Below are positions 1 to 8,822 of a stretch of DNA of 64,000 nucleotides, in pieces. Made by a program: the position numbers and the translations under genes. Each line of letters begins with the position of its first letter. Within the stretch, counting starts at the first letter, position 1. Location of the stretch: contig JAUSGE010000014.1 of assembly GCA_030649205.1 (NCBI GenBank), forward strand, positions 28,717 to 92,716. The letters are read 5' to 3'. Origin of the DNA: a bacterium. Its GTDB lineage: Bacteria > Patescibacteriota > Patescibacteriia > Patescibacteriales > GWC2-42-12. The notes under the pieces were generated by a model. That model was given only the letters and a program-made list of their open reading frames with translations. It searched no databases and was not told the DNA's origin.

Positions 1-1
1 C

Positions 2-622
2 AGGGAAAAATTAAAATTCGCTTCGGCTAATTTTCCTTTGGACATAAAAACCAAAATGTATCTGGGGCAATTGATTTTAAATAATTTAGAGGATATAAAA
101 GGGCTGGATGAAGCTGAACTGTTGTTTAAAGAATCAATCAGGCTAAGTCCGACCAGGGTAGAACCGTATTATCTGCTTTATAATTTATACTCCAAAGAAA
201 ACAAGAAGCAAGAAGCGCGCGCCGTACTGCTTGATTTGGAGAATAAACTGCCTTGGTACGGCAGTGTTAAAATTATGCTGATGAACGATTTTGCCAAAGA
301 TGATCCTAAGAAAGCGGAGGAATTTTATCGGCAGGCGGTGAGCCAAAAAGGCTATAGTGATTTCGGCGGCTTAACAAAAATAATCAGCTACTTATTGGCG
401 CAGAAAAGGTACGCTGAAACCGCGCCTTACTACGAGCTGCTGTTTGGCTCTGAACCCAATAGATACGATTACCGGCTGGATCTGGCCCAGGTTTATTATT
501 TGACCGGGCAAATTGACAAAGCGGTTGAGCAGGTTAATCTGATTAATGAGCGGTCGCCGGAGACGCTAAAAGGCTACGAGAAATTTGTTAATATGGTGCT
601 GGCGGCGTATAATAAAAAGTAA
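2..622 (+). CDS. TPR-repeat protein, 5'-truncated by window edge (possibly the C-terminus of an O-antigen-ligase/TPR protein like the next gene)
   Basis: Frame is open from position 2. TPR-like helices (SIRLSPTRVEPYYLL, DYRLDLAQVYYLTGQIDKA). Confidence 0.7.
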   Translation, partial: REKLKFASANFPLDIKTKMYLGQLILNNLEDIKGLDEAELLFKESIRLSPTRVEPYYLLYNLYSKENKKQEARAVLLDLENKLPWYGSVKIMLMNDFAKDDPKKAEEFYRQAVSQKGYSDFGGLTKIISYLLAQKRYAETAPYYELLFGSEPNRYDYRLDLAQVYYLTGQIDKAVEQVNLINERSPETLKGYEKFVNMVLAAYNKK

Positions 623-673
623 TATATTTTTCTACCCGGCTTTAGCCGGCCGTTAATCCAAATTATTTTAACT

Positions 674-733
674 CCGGCTTCACCCCGTTAAATCCCTTCG
701 GGACGCAAAGCGTATTTAACGGGGTAAAGCCGG
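674..733. repeat. T-shaped palindromic (REP-like) element
   Basis: CCGGCTTCACCCCGTTAAAT (674-693) pairs with ATTTAACGGGGTAAAGCCGG (714-733), 1 mismatch. The stem encloses two mini-hairpins, CCC-TTC-GGG and CGC-AAA-GCG. Confidence 0.8.
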
Positions 734-740
734 GCAGAAG

Positions 741-2978
741 ATGAAAAATATGTCTCTAAAAACTTATCTTATAATTTTAAAAACCGGAATTTATTTAAGT
801 TTTGTTTCGGTTTTTCTGGTGTTCAATAATCTGCTGTTTCCTTTTATCACCTCCAAGCAGCTGTTCTTCAATATATTGATGGAAATTTTAATGGTTTTTT
901 GGCTGGCGCTGATTATAAAATATCCCGAGGCGCGCCCCAAGAAGTCGTTTATTACATGGGGCTTGGCGTTTTTTTTCAGCGCGCTGTTGGTTTCTTCCCT
1001 GTTCGGGGTTGATTTTAACATGAGCTTTTGGGGCAATATTGAGAGAATGCTGGGCTGGTTCCATATTATCCATTTCTTTTTGTTCTATTTGATAATTATC
1101 ACGGTTTTCAGAGAGTGGCGGGATTGGCGCAACCTGCTGATAGTTTCGGTCGCCGCCGCCGCCTTGGTCTGCCTGTATGGCCTGTTAAAAATTCCTTACT
1201 CAACTATCGGCAACACGGCCTACGTTTCCGGCTACGCGATTTTTAATATTTACTTCGCTTTGATTTTATTTTTCCGCGATCGGGAAAAAAACGAGCCGGG
1301 CAGCTGGCTGGCCGGAGCGCTTTATCTGGCCGCCGCTTTTATCATGCTATTGGTGATGCGCGTTACTCATACTCGCGGCGCTTACGTCGGACTGGGAGCA
1401 AGTTTCGCGCTATTTTTAATCATGCGCGCCGGCTACAGCCCGAACCGCAAAGTTAAAATTTACAGTTTCGCCGGTTTAGCCGCGATTGTCACGCTGGTAG
1501 TTTTGGCATTTTCATTTCCGCAAAGCGCATTGGTGAGAAATAGTTCCGTCTTAGGCACAATAACGCAGGTTTCGTCCAGCGCGACAACTTTCCAGACCAG
1601 GCTGATTTCCTGGAAGGCGGCCTTAAAAGATTTTCCCAATCATCCGGTCTTGGGCACTGGCTACGGCAATTACGCCATAACTTTTGACAAATATTTTGAT
1701 CCAAAGTTTTACATCTATACTCCGACCGAAACTTATTTTGACCGGGCGCATAATAATCTGGTTGACATTATTTCAACCACCGGTTTGGCCGGCTTGCTGT
1801 CTTATCTTTCAATTCTGGGCGCGGCCGGCTATTATCTGGCCAAAGGCAAAAGGCAGAATAAGATTTCCGGCGTGGAATTTATTTTATTGATCAGCTTGTT
1901 CGCGGCTTATTTTATCCAGAATTTGGCAGTGTTTGATTCGCTGATTACTTATATTTCCTTGATGCTGGCCTTGGCTTATATCTATTGGCTGGCCAATCGG
2001 GAGCCGGAGGCGGCCCAGGAAGAAGCTGGCGCGAATCGCGCTTTGAATAATAAAGAATTAGGCGCGCTGGTTTTTGGCGGTTTGGTTTTATTTTCCATCG
2101 CTTACCAATATAACATCAGGCCGTGGCTGATGCTGGATGGTACGATTAAAGGGCAAATTGAGTTTGCCAAGGGCGATATTGCCGCGGCCGTGAAACAGTA
2201 TAAAAAAACTTTCGCCACTGGCACGGTTTTGGACCGGGACAGCCGCAAGAGCATGATTAATTCATTAAACGGCCAACAGGACAGCCTGTTTAAACTTGAC
2301 CGCGCCCAAGCCGCTGAAATCGCGGATTATGCCATCAGCCTGGCCGAGGCCAATGTCAAATATAACCCCCTGGACAGCATGATGCAGATGCAGCTGGCGC
2401 AAATTTTAAATACCGCTTCGCTGATTAATCAAAATAATTCCAGCAAGTTCTATTTTTATTCCGACCGCGCTTTAAAAGCGATTGACGCGTCCATTAAGGC
2501 CAGCCCGGGCCGAACCACGATTTATTTCACCAAAGCGCAAATTTATCTGATGCGCAATGATAAGGCCAAAGCGCTGGAGACTTTAAAATACGCGGTGAGC
2601 TTAAACGAGCAATACGCTGAAGCCTCATGCTTTTTAGCTAAAGCCGGACTTTATTTAAAGGAAGAAGCCACGGGTTTTGAGGCCATGGGTAAATGCCTTG
2701 ATTTAGGCGGCCGGTCTTATTTAGGCCCCGCGGAGCTCGTAAAAATCGCTTTAAACCATTATCTGGCCAAGAATGATCAGCCGCGAATTTTAGCTTTATA
2801 CCAGCGATGGGTCGAATTGGAGCCCGGCAACGCGAAAATATGGGTAAATTTATCCTTGCTCTATGGACAACAGGGCGATAAAGATAAGGCGGTTGAAGCC
2901 GCGCGAAAAGCCGCCGACTTGGATCCGTCGTTAAAATCAGCGGCCGAGGAGTTTATTAAGAAGCAGCTGGCGAAGTGA
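741..2978 (+). CDS. O-antigen ligase / PglL-like oligosaccharyltransferase family protein with C-terminal TPRs
   Basis: Many TM segments. Wzy_C-type motifs TRGAYVG, R..SW..A, HPVLGTGYGNY, DRAHN. TPR-like C-terminus. Confidence 0.85.
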   Translation: MKNMSLKTYLIILKTGIYLSFVSVFLVFNNLLFPFITSKQLFFNILMEILMVFWLALIIKYPEARPKKSFITWGLAFFFSALLVSSLFGVDFNMSFWGNIERMLGWFHIIHFFLFYLIIITVFREWRDWRNLLIVSVAAAALVCLYGLLKIPYSTIGNTAYVSGYAIFNIYFALILFFRDREKNEPGSWLAGALYLAAAFIMLLVMRVTHTRGAYVGLGASFALFLIMRAGYSPNRKVKIYSFAGLAAIVTLVVLAFSFPQSALVRNSSVLGTITQVSSSATTFQTRLISWKAALKDFPNHPVLGTGYGNYAITFDKYFDPKFYIYTPTETYFDRAHNNLVDIISTTGLAGLLSYLSILGAAGYYLAKGKRQNKISGVEFILLISLFAAYFIQNLAVFDSLITYISLMLALAYIYWLANREPEAAQEEAGANRALNNKELGALVFGGLVLFSIAYQYNIRPWLMLDGTIKGQIEFAKGDIAAAVKQYKKTFATGTVLDRDSRKSMINSLNGQQDSLFKLDRAQAAEIADYAISLAEANVKYNPLDSMMQMQLAQILNTASLINQNNSSKFYFYSDRALKAIDASIKASPGRTTIYFTKAQIYLMRNDKAKALETLKYAVSLNEQYAEASCFLAKAGLYLKEEATGFEAMGKCLDLGGRSYLGPAELVKIALNHYLAKNDQPRILALYQRWVELEPGNAKIWVNLSLLYGQQGDKDKAVEAARKAADLDPSLKSAAEEFIKKQLAK

Positions 2979-2984
2979 GGCCGG

Positions 2985-4178
2985 CTACCGGCAATAAACC
3001 TTTTTGGTTTTTTCAATCATTTTTTCCAGGCCGAACTCCGCGGCGGCTTGGGTTTTAGCGTGCCGACCCAGTTTTTGGGCCAGCGTTTTATTATTTAAAA
3101 GCGTTTTGATTTTTTCCGCCAAATCTTCGGGATCGGCCGGCTTAACCAAGAGACCGGTTTGGCCGTTTTTAATCATTTCCGGAAGGCCGCCGACGGCTGT
3201 GGAAACAATCGGCAGACCGGCAGACATGGCTTCCAGGATGGAGTAAGGCAAGCCTTCTTTAACTGATGAGCAAACATAGATGTCCAGGGCCGGCAGCAAT
3301 TTGGCCGCCTGATTAATTGAGCCGGTTAAAATGAAATTATTTTGCAAATCATAGTTGGCGATTAGATATTCCAGACGGACTCGCTCCGAACCGTCGCCAA
3401 TAATAATAAATGTAATTGGCAATTGGCAATTGGCAATAATTTTATAAGCCGCTTCTATAAAATACTCAAAGCCTTTGGTTTTATAAAGATGGCCGATAGA
3501 GCCGATAAGTAAATTTCCAATTTTTCTGGCTTCGCCAGATCTGGCAAAGCCAGACAATTTCCAATTTCCAATTTTGGAAAGAATTATTTTTTTTGCCTCT
3601 TCTCTGCCGTAAAGATTTGTGGACGCCAGGCCGTTCTGGATAGTAACTAATTTTTCCGCCGGTGCGATGTTGTGTTTTAGGGCGGATTGCCGGTCAAATT
3701 CGGAGACGCAGATGATTTTGTCTTTAAAGCGGGCGGTGAATTTCTCCGCCTGCTTATAAAATAATTTCATGAACCAGGGCAAAGGCTCATTAAAGACCCA
3801 GCCGTGAACAGTGTAAAAAATTTTTGATTTTTGATTTTTGATTTTGGATTTGGCGAATAATGCCGCAATTGAGCCTAAGATGGAAATTTTAGAGCTGTTT
3901 AAATGGATAACGTCAGGTTGATAGTTTTTGATTAATTTTATGATTTCCATTAAAGCCAGAATGTCGTTAAACGGAGAAATATTGCGTTTAAGATGAGGGA
4001 TGATAAAATATTTTAGGTGATTTTTTTGTAAAATTTTAGCTAATTTTACATTATTTTTTCCCTCGCCCATGGCTATGGCAACCTGATATTCTGTTTTTAA
4101 ATTGTTAGCCAAATCAAAAACATAGCGCTGGGCGCCGCCGAATTCTGATTGAGTGATTAAGTAAAGAATCTTTCGCAT
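2985..4178 (-). CDS. GT4 family glycosyltransferase
   Basis: GGAQRYV N-terminus, TVHG, KTKG, EGLPYSILEAM (EX7E) motif. Confidence 0.92.
   Translation of the reverse strand: MRKILYLITQSEFGGAQRYVFDLANNLKTEYQVAIAMGEGKNNVKLAKILQKNHLKYFIIPHLKRNISPFNDILALMEIIKLIKNYQPDVIHLNSSKISILGSIAALFAKSKIKNQKSKIFYTVHGWVFNEPLPWFMKLFYKQAEKFTARFKDKIICVSEFDRQSALKHNIAPAEKLVTIQNGLASTNLYGREEAKKIILSKIGNWKLSGFARSGEARKIGNLLIGSIGHLYKTKGFEYFIEAAYKIIANCQLPITFIIIGDGSERVRLEYLIANYDLQNNFILTGSINQAAKLLPALDIYVCSSVKEGLPYSILEAMSAGLPIVSTAVGGLPEMIKNGQTGLLVKPADPEDLAEKIKTLLNNKTLAQKLGRHAKTQAAAEFGLEKMIEKTKKVYCR
3414..3437. repeat. Intragenic heptamer repeat (AATTGGC)x3
   Basis: Read directly from the sequence. Encodes IANCQLPI on the minus strand. 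Confidence 0.85.
3512..3575. repeat. Intragenic heptamer array (AAATTGG on minus strand) interrupted by a 30-nt twin hairpin
   Basis: TCTGGC-TTC-GCCAGA TCTGGC-AAA-GCCAGA at 3525-3554, flanked by AATTTCC units. Confidence 0.85.
3820..3853. repeat. Intragenic heptamer repeat (ATTTTTG)x3 plus degenerate units
   Basis: Read directly from the sequence. Encodes KSKIKNQKSKI on the minus strand. Confidence 0.8.
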
Positions 4179-4243
4179 AACTGATATTGACTTAAATCAT
4201 ATTTTATTTAATAATAACTAATATAAAAAGATAAAGCAAATTG

Positions 4244-4324
4244 CTCCCACAAATCAACAAATCCGCTACAAATAATACAAATATTATTCGTGATATTCGT
4301 TGCAGATTTGTAGATTTGTGGGAG
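4244..4324. repeat. Long imperfect hairpin built from ACAAAT / ATTYGT units
   Basis: CTCCCACAAATCAACAAATC... pairs with ...GATTTGTAGATTTGTGGGAG in the divergent intergenic region. Confidence 0.8.
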
Positions 4325-4359
4325 ATTAAGGTTTTATTTGGTTTAAAGTTTATTTTCTT

Positions 4360-5754
4360 ATGAAAATACTCTATATCGGCGGAGGCTATGTTGGAGCTTG
4401 CTCGGCCGCGGTCAGCGCGGACAGCGGGCATGAAGTATTGGTTTATGACGTTAACTCCGAACTGGTAAAAAACTTTTCCTCCGGCGATAAGGATAAAATA
4501 GAAGCCTGTCTGTTTGAAAAAGGCTTGGGCGATTTGATTATCAGAAATCAAGCGCGCCTTAAATTTACCGATAGTTTAGCCGCGGCGGAAACGTTTGTCA
4601 GCGAGGCCGGGGCGGTTTTCATGTGTCTGCCCACGCCCGAGCGCGACGGTACGGGCGAAACCAACCTGGAAATTTATGAAGCGGCCGCCAAGACATTGGC
4701 TCAAGTGCTGGCTAAGCGAAATAACGGGGCGCAAAATCAGTATGTTCTGTTAGTTAATAAAAGCACGGTGCCGATTGATATGGTGAACCGCACCAAAGAA
4801 ATTATGCTGGCCGGCGGCGTGAAAAATTTTGGCGTGGGCTCAAATCCGGAATTTTTGGTTGAAGGCAAGGCGATTGAAGGCTCAATCAGGCCGCCGCGCG
4901 TGGTGGTCGGAGCCGAGAGCGAAAAAGATTTCGCGATTTTCAGAGATATTTACTCCCGTTTCGCCGAATCTTCCGGCATCGGCTACTTTGAAGTAAGTCC
5001 GGCCGAAGCCGAAGCGAGCAAGCTCTTAGCTAATTACATGCTGTTCAGCCGCTTGGCCAATTGCTTTGACGTGGCCGGGCGGGTGTGCGAAAAGTTTCCG
5101 GGCTTGCGGTTTGAAAACGTCAGAAAAATTTTAATCGCGGACAGCCGCATCGGCGACTGGGGATTTTACGACAGCCTGTTTGCCGGCGGCAGCTGCTTTA
5201 TCAAAGACGCGCGCTCACTGGCGCATCAGCTTAAAGCCAAAGGCGCGGCCGCGGATTTAGTGGATAATATTTTGGCGGCCAATCAGCGCCAGCTGGATAA
5301 TTTTTTAGGCCGGGCCGAAGCCGAATTGAATTTTAACTGGGCCGGAAAAACCGCCGCCCTGCTGGGGCTGGCTTTTAAGCAGGATACCAACGACATTCGC
5401 AATTCCGCGTCTTTGCAAGCGGCGGAATTTTTACTAGGCAAGGGAGTGGCGCAAATCAGAGCGTATGATCCGGCGGCCGGCGCGAATTTTTTAAAATATT
5501 TTTCCAAGAGTGAAGACAGCGGAAAGATCAGCTTGGCCGGCTCGGAAAGCCTGGCCCTGGCCGGCGCCGACGCGTTAATCATTGCCACGGACTGGCCGCA
5601 ATTCAGGGGGCTAACCGGTTTGATTATGGAAGAATTGCCCAAAGGAGCGCTGATCATGGATGGCCGCCGCATGCTGGCGCAAAGCTATGGCGAGCTGGCG
5701 AATGCCGGCTATGATATTATCGCGGTGGGATCGCCGGTGATTAGAAAGGGTTGA
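4360..5754 (+). CDS. ugd: UDP-glucose 6-dehydrogenase
   Basis: GGGYVG, CLPTP, KSTVP, SNPEFLVEG, GGSCFIKD (catalytic Cys), GLAFKQDTNDIRNS, DGRR. Confidence 0.9.
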   Translation: MKILYIGGGYVGACSAAVSADSGHEVLVYDVNSELVKNFSSGDKDKIEACLFEKGLGDLIIRNQARLKFTDSLAAAETFVSEAGAVFMCLPTPERDGTGETNLEIYEAAAKTLAQVLAKRNNGAQNQYVLLVNKSTVPIDMVNRTKEIMLAGGVKNFGVGSNPEFLVEGKAIEGSIRPPRVVVGAESEKDFAIFRDIYSRFAESSGIGYFEVSPAEAEASKLLANYMLFSRLANCFDVAGRVCEKFPGLRFENVRKILIADSRIGDWGFYDSLFAGGSCFIKDARSLAHQLKAKGAAADLVDNILAANQRQLDNFLGRAEAELNFNWAGKTAALLGLAFKQDTNDIRNSASLQAAEFLLGKGVAQIRAYDPAAGANFLKYFSKSEDSGKISLAGSESLALAGADALIIATDWPQFRGLTGLIMEELPKGALIMDGRRMLAQSYGELANAGYDIIAVGSPVIRKG

Positions 5755-5755
5755 G

Positions 5756-5903
5756 GCCTGACCTAAAGAAATTATTTTTCCCGCTTAGATAAAATCTGTG
5801 TATTTTTTACAAAAAATTACTACGATTTTACCACCGTTTAGTTGTTTCGGCGCCGAGGCATGCACCGAGGAGCCGCGATAAAAATAATTTCTTTAGGTCA
5901 GGC
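5756..5903. mobile_element. MITE-like element with perfect 24-bp terminal inverted repeats
   Basis: GCCTGACCTAAAGAAATTATTTTT (5756-5779) and its exact reverse complement (5880-5903). No ORF and no clear TSD. Confidence 0.6.
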
Positions 5904-5912
5904 GCATAACAT

Positions 5913-6077
5913 GGATTAACTCCTGAATTTTACGAGCAGACATATGATTTTTAGGCTGAATTTGCCGTTAAGAAAATGGCATGTTTAAGCGGAGCGAGTT
6001 TGCCATTTTTAGGCAAATTCAGCCGTGCCGCAGGCAAAAATCATCCTGGATGCGAGTAAATATTCAGGAATCAATCC
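5913..6077. repeat. 165-nt nested imperfect palindrome
   Basis: Nested pairs: GGATTAACTCCTGAAT/ATTCAGGAATCAATCC, ATGATTTTT/AAAAATCAT, GGCTGAATTTGCC/GGCAAATTCAGCC, AAAATGGCA/TGCCATTTT. Confidence 0.75.
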
Positions 6078-6091
6078 GCAATCAAAACATT

Positions 6092-6946
6092 ATGACTATC
6101 GGTTTTATCGGCCAGGGCTGGATCGGAAAAAATTACGCTGATGATTTTGAGCAGCGCGGTTTCACTGTGACGCGCTATAGTTTGGAGGCGGAGTATAGCG
6201 GCAACAAAGATAAAATTAAAGATTGCGATATTGTATTTATCGCCGTGCCTACGCCGACCACGCCGTCCGGCTATGATGCCAGTATTGTTAAATCAGCGGT
6301 CAAGCTGGTTGGCCGAGGCAAGATCGCGGTTATAAAATCAACCATGCTTCCGGGAGCGACCGAAGAAATTCAGGCGGAAAATCCGGAGATTATCATTCTG
6401 CACTCGCCTGAATTTTTGACCCGTTCCACAGCCGATCATGACGTAAAACGGCCGCCGCGAAACATTATCGGACTGCCCAAAGATAACGACGGATACCGGA
6501 AAGCCGCGCGATTGGTTTTGAACTTAATACCTCAAGCGCCATTCAACCTGATCTGCGCCGCCAAAGAAGCGGAGATGATAAAATATGTCAGGAACTGCCA
6601 GGGCTATTTCAGGGTAATTTTCGCTAATTTGGCCTATGATTTGGCCGCGGCCATCGGCGCCGACTGGCAAAAAATTGAATCAGCCATGGCGGCCGACCCG
6701 ATTAACGGCGGTTATTATTTTAAGCCGGTCCACGACCGCGGACGGGGCGCCGGCGGCCCGTGCTACATTAAAGATTTCGCGGCTTTTGCCAGGCTATACC
6801 AAGAAAAAACCGGCGATGAAGCGGGCGGCAAAGTTTTAGCCAGCCTGGAACATAAAAATATTGAATTATTGGCGCAAAGCGGTAAAGATTCTGATTTGCT
6901 TAAAGGCGTTTATGGGGAAGGCGCGGTTAACAAAATAATTACATAA
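6092..6946 (+). CDS. Short UDP-glucose/GDP-mannose dehydrogenase-family protein lacking the C-terminal domain (start corrected from 5981)
   Basis: MTIGFIGQGWIG, IAVPTP, IKST, SPEFL, GGPCYIKD. The upstream ORF extension lies inside the palindrome. Confidence 0.8.
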   Translation: MTIGFIGQGWIGKNYADDFEQRGFTVTRYSLEAEYSGNKDKIKDCDIVFIAVPTPTTPSGYDASIVKSAVKLVGRGKIAVIKSTMLPGATEEIQAENPEIIILHSPEFLTRSTADHDVKRPPRNIIGLPKDNDGYRKAARLVLNLIPQAPFNLICAAKEAEMIKYVRNCQGYFRVIFANLAYDLAAAIGADWQKIESAMAADPINGGYYFKPVHDRGRGAGGPCYIKDFAAFARLYQEKTGDEAGGKVLASLEHKNIELLAQSGKDSDLLKGVYGEGAVNKIIT

Positions 6947-6947
6947 T

Positions 6948-7874
6948 ATGCCAAAATGCTTAGTCACCGGCGGCGCCGGTTTCATCGGATCTAATTTGAC
7001 TGACGAGCTGATTAAACTCGGGCATAAGGTAAGCGTGATTGATAATTTATCCAGCGGCAAAAAAGAATATCTTAATCCGAGAGCCAAGTTTTATAAAATT
7101 GATATTTGCTCGCCGGAAATTAATAAGATTTTTCAGCGGGAAAAGTTTGATTATGTTTTTCATCTGGCCGCGCAGATTGACGTGAGAATTTCCGTGGCGC
7201 GTCCGGAATTTGACAATCAGATGAACGCCATGGGCAGTTTAAACGTCTTTAAGCAATGCGGCGGGAATAAAGTGAAAAAAATTATTTTTGTTTCTACCGG
7301 CGGCGCGCTCTACGGCGACTGCCTGAAGCCGGCCGGGGAGCAAACTTTAATCCAGCCGGTTTCGCCTTACGCCATTCATAAATACGCGGCGGAACGATAT
7401 TTGGAGTTGTGCCGGGAATTGTACGGGCTGGATTATACGGTTTTAAGGCTGGCGAATGTCTACGGTCCGAGGCAATATAAGGGCGGAGAATGCGGCATTA
7501 TCGGCGTATTTACATCCAATCTGGCCGCCGGCAAACCCAGCGTGCTTTACGGCGACGGCTCAAAAACCAGAGATTTCGTTTACGTGTCAGACGCGGTGGG
7601 CGCCTGCGTCAAGGCGATGGCGGCCGGACCGGGAGGCGTATTTAATATCGGCAATGGCCGGGAAATCAGCATGGATGAAATTATTTCAGCCATTAAAAAA
7701 ACCGCGGGCAAAAAATTTATTTTTAAAAAAGAACCGGATCGTCCGGGCGAAGTGCGAAGGAGTTCGCTTAATAGCGCCAAGGCCAAAAAAATATTAGGCT
7801 GGCGGGCGCGGGTGAAGCTGAATGACGGCATCAGCCGGACCATCGCCTGGGCGCTTAATCAGCAGTCAAAATGA
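6948..7874 (+). CDS. NAD-dependent epimerase, UDP-glucose 4-epimerase-like
   Basis: [33 protein letters not shown]. Confidence 0.85.
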   Translation: MPKCLVTGGAGFIGSNLTDELIKLGHKVSVIDNLSSGKKEYLNPRAKFYKIDICSPEINKIFQREKFDYVFHLAAQIDVRISVARPEFDNQMNAMGSLNVFKQCGGNKVKKIIFVSTGGALYGDCLKPAGEQTLIQPVSPYAIHKYAAERYLELCRELYGLDYTVLRLANVYGPRQYKGGECGIIGVFTSNLAAGKPSVLYGDGSKTRDFVYVSDAVGACVKAMAAGPGGVFNIGNGREISMDEIISAIKKTAGKKFIFKKEPDRPGEVRRSSLNSAKAKKILGWRARVKLNDGISRTIAWALNQQSK

Positions 7875-8821
7875 AAATTCTAATCACGGGCGGCGCCGGC
7901 TTCATCGGCGCTCACGCGGCGAAAAAATTAATAGAAGAAAAAAACGAGATTGTGATTGTTGACAATCTTAATGATTATTACGACGTAAAACTTAAAAAAG
8001 ACCGGCTGAAAATATTTTTAGCCGGCCTGAAATTTAAGTTTTTTAAAGCAGACATCGCCAATTACCGGCAATTGGAAAATATTTCAGCCAAACATAAATT
8101 TGACTGCATTTTGCATTTAGCGGCGCAAGCCGGGGTTCGCTATTCATTAACTAACCCCTGGATTTATGAAAAAACAAATGTTGCCGGCACGCTTAATTTA
8201 TTGGAATTAGCCAAGATCCACAAAATAAAAAAATTTGTTTTTGCTTCTTCATCGTCGGTCTACGGCGGCAATGCCAAACTGCCGTTCAGCGAAACCGATT
8301 CGGTTGATAAGCCATTGTCGTTTTACGCCGCGACTAAAAAATCCTGCGAACTTCTGGCTTACGCTTATCATGGCTTGTACGGAATAAAAGCGTGCGGCTT
8401 GAGGTTTTTTACAGTCTACGGGCCTTGGGGCCGGCCGGATATGGCTTGTTTTAAGTTCGCGGATTTAATCAGGAAAAACCAGCCGGTTGAAATTTATAAT
8501 TTCGGCAAGATGAAGCGGGATTTTACTTACATAGACGATATTGTTGCCGGAATAGCCAGCGCCATAAAAAATAATTTTGCTTATGAAATAATAAATTTGG
8601 GCAACAGTAAGCCGGAAAAGCTGGAGCGGTTGATATTTTTGCTGGAAAAGCATTTAGGCAAGTTTAAGAAAAAATATCTGCCGATGCAGGCCGGTGACGT
8701 GGCCGCGACTTGGGCGGATATTGAAAAAGCCGGCAGGCTGTTAAATTTCAATCCGGCCGTTTCTTTGGAAGAAGGCATTAAAAAATTTATCGCTTGGTAT
8801 AAAAATTACTATAATATTTAA
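7871..8821 (+). CDS. UDP-glucuronate 4-epimerase-like SDR
   Basis: [42 protein letters not shown]. Confidence 0.88.
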   Translation: MKILITGGAGFIGAHAAKKLIEEKNEIVIVDNLNDYYDVKLKKDRLKIFLAGLKFKFFKADIANYRQLENISAKHKFDCILHLAAQAGVRYSLTNPWIYEKTNVAGTLNLLELAKIHKIKKFVFASSSSVYGGNAKLPFSETDSVDKPLSFYAATKKSCELLAYAYHGLYGIKACGLRFFTVYGPWGRPDMACFKFADLIRKNQPVEIYNFGKMKRDFTYIDDIVAGIASAIKNNFAYEIINLGNSKPEKLERLIFLLEKHLGKFKKKYLPMQAGDVAATWADIEKAGRLLNFNPAVSLEEGIKKFIAWYKNYYNI

Positions 8822-8822
8822 T

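Noticed and set aside
5756-6077. Integron attC sites or a tRNA
   Set aside because: No RYYYAAC/GTTRRRY core pair framing the stems, no integrase, and no tRNA cloverleaf or T-loop consensus.
5981-6091. 37-aa N-terminal extension of the ugd-like ORF in the ORF track
   Set aside because: It lies inside the 5913-6077 palindrome. The Rossmann motif starts right after ATG 6092.
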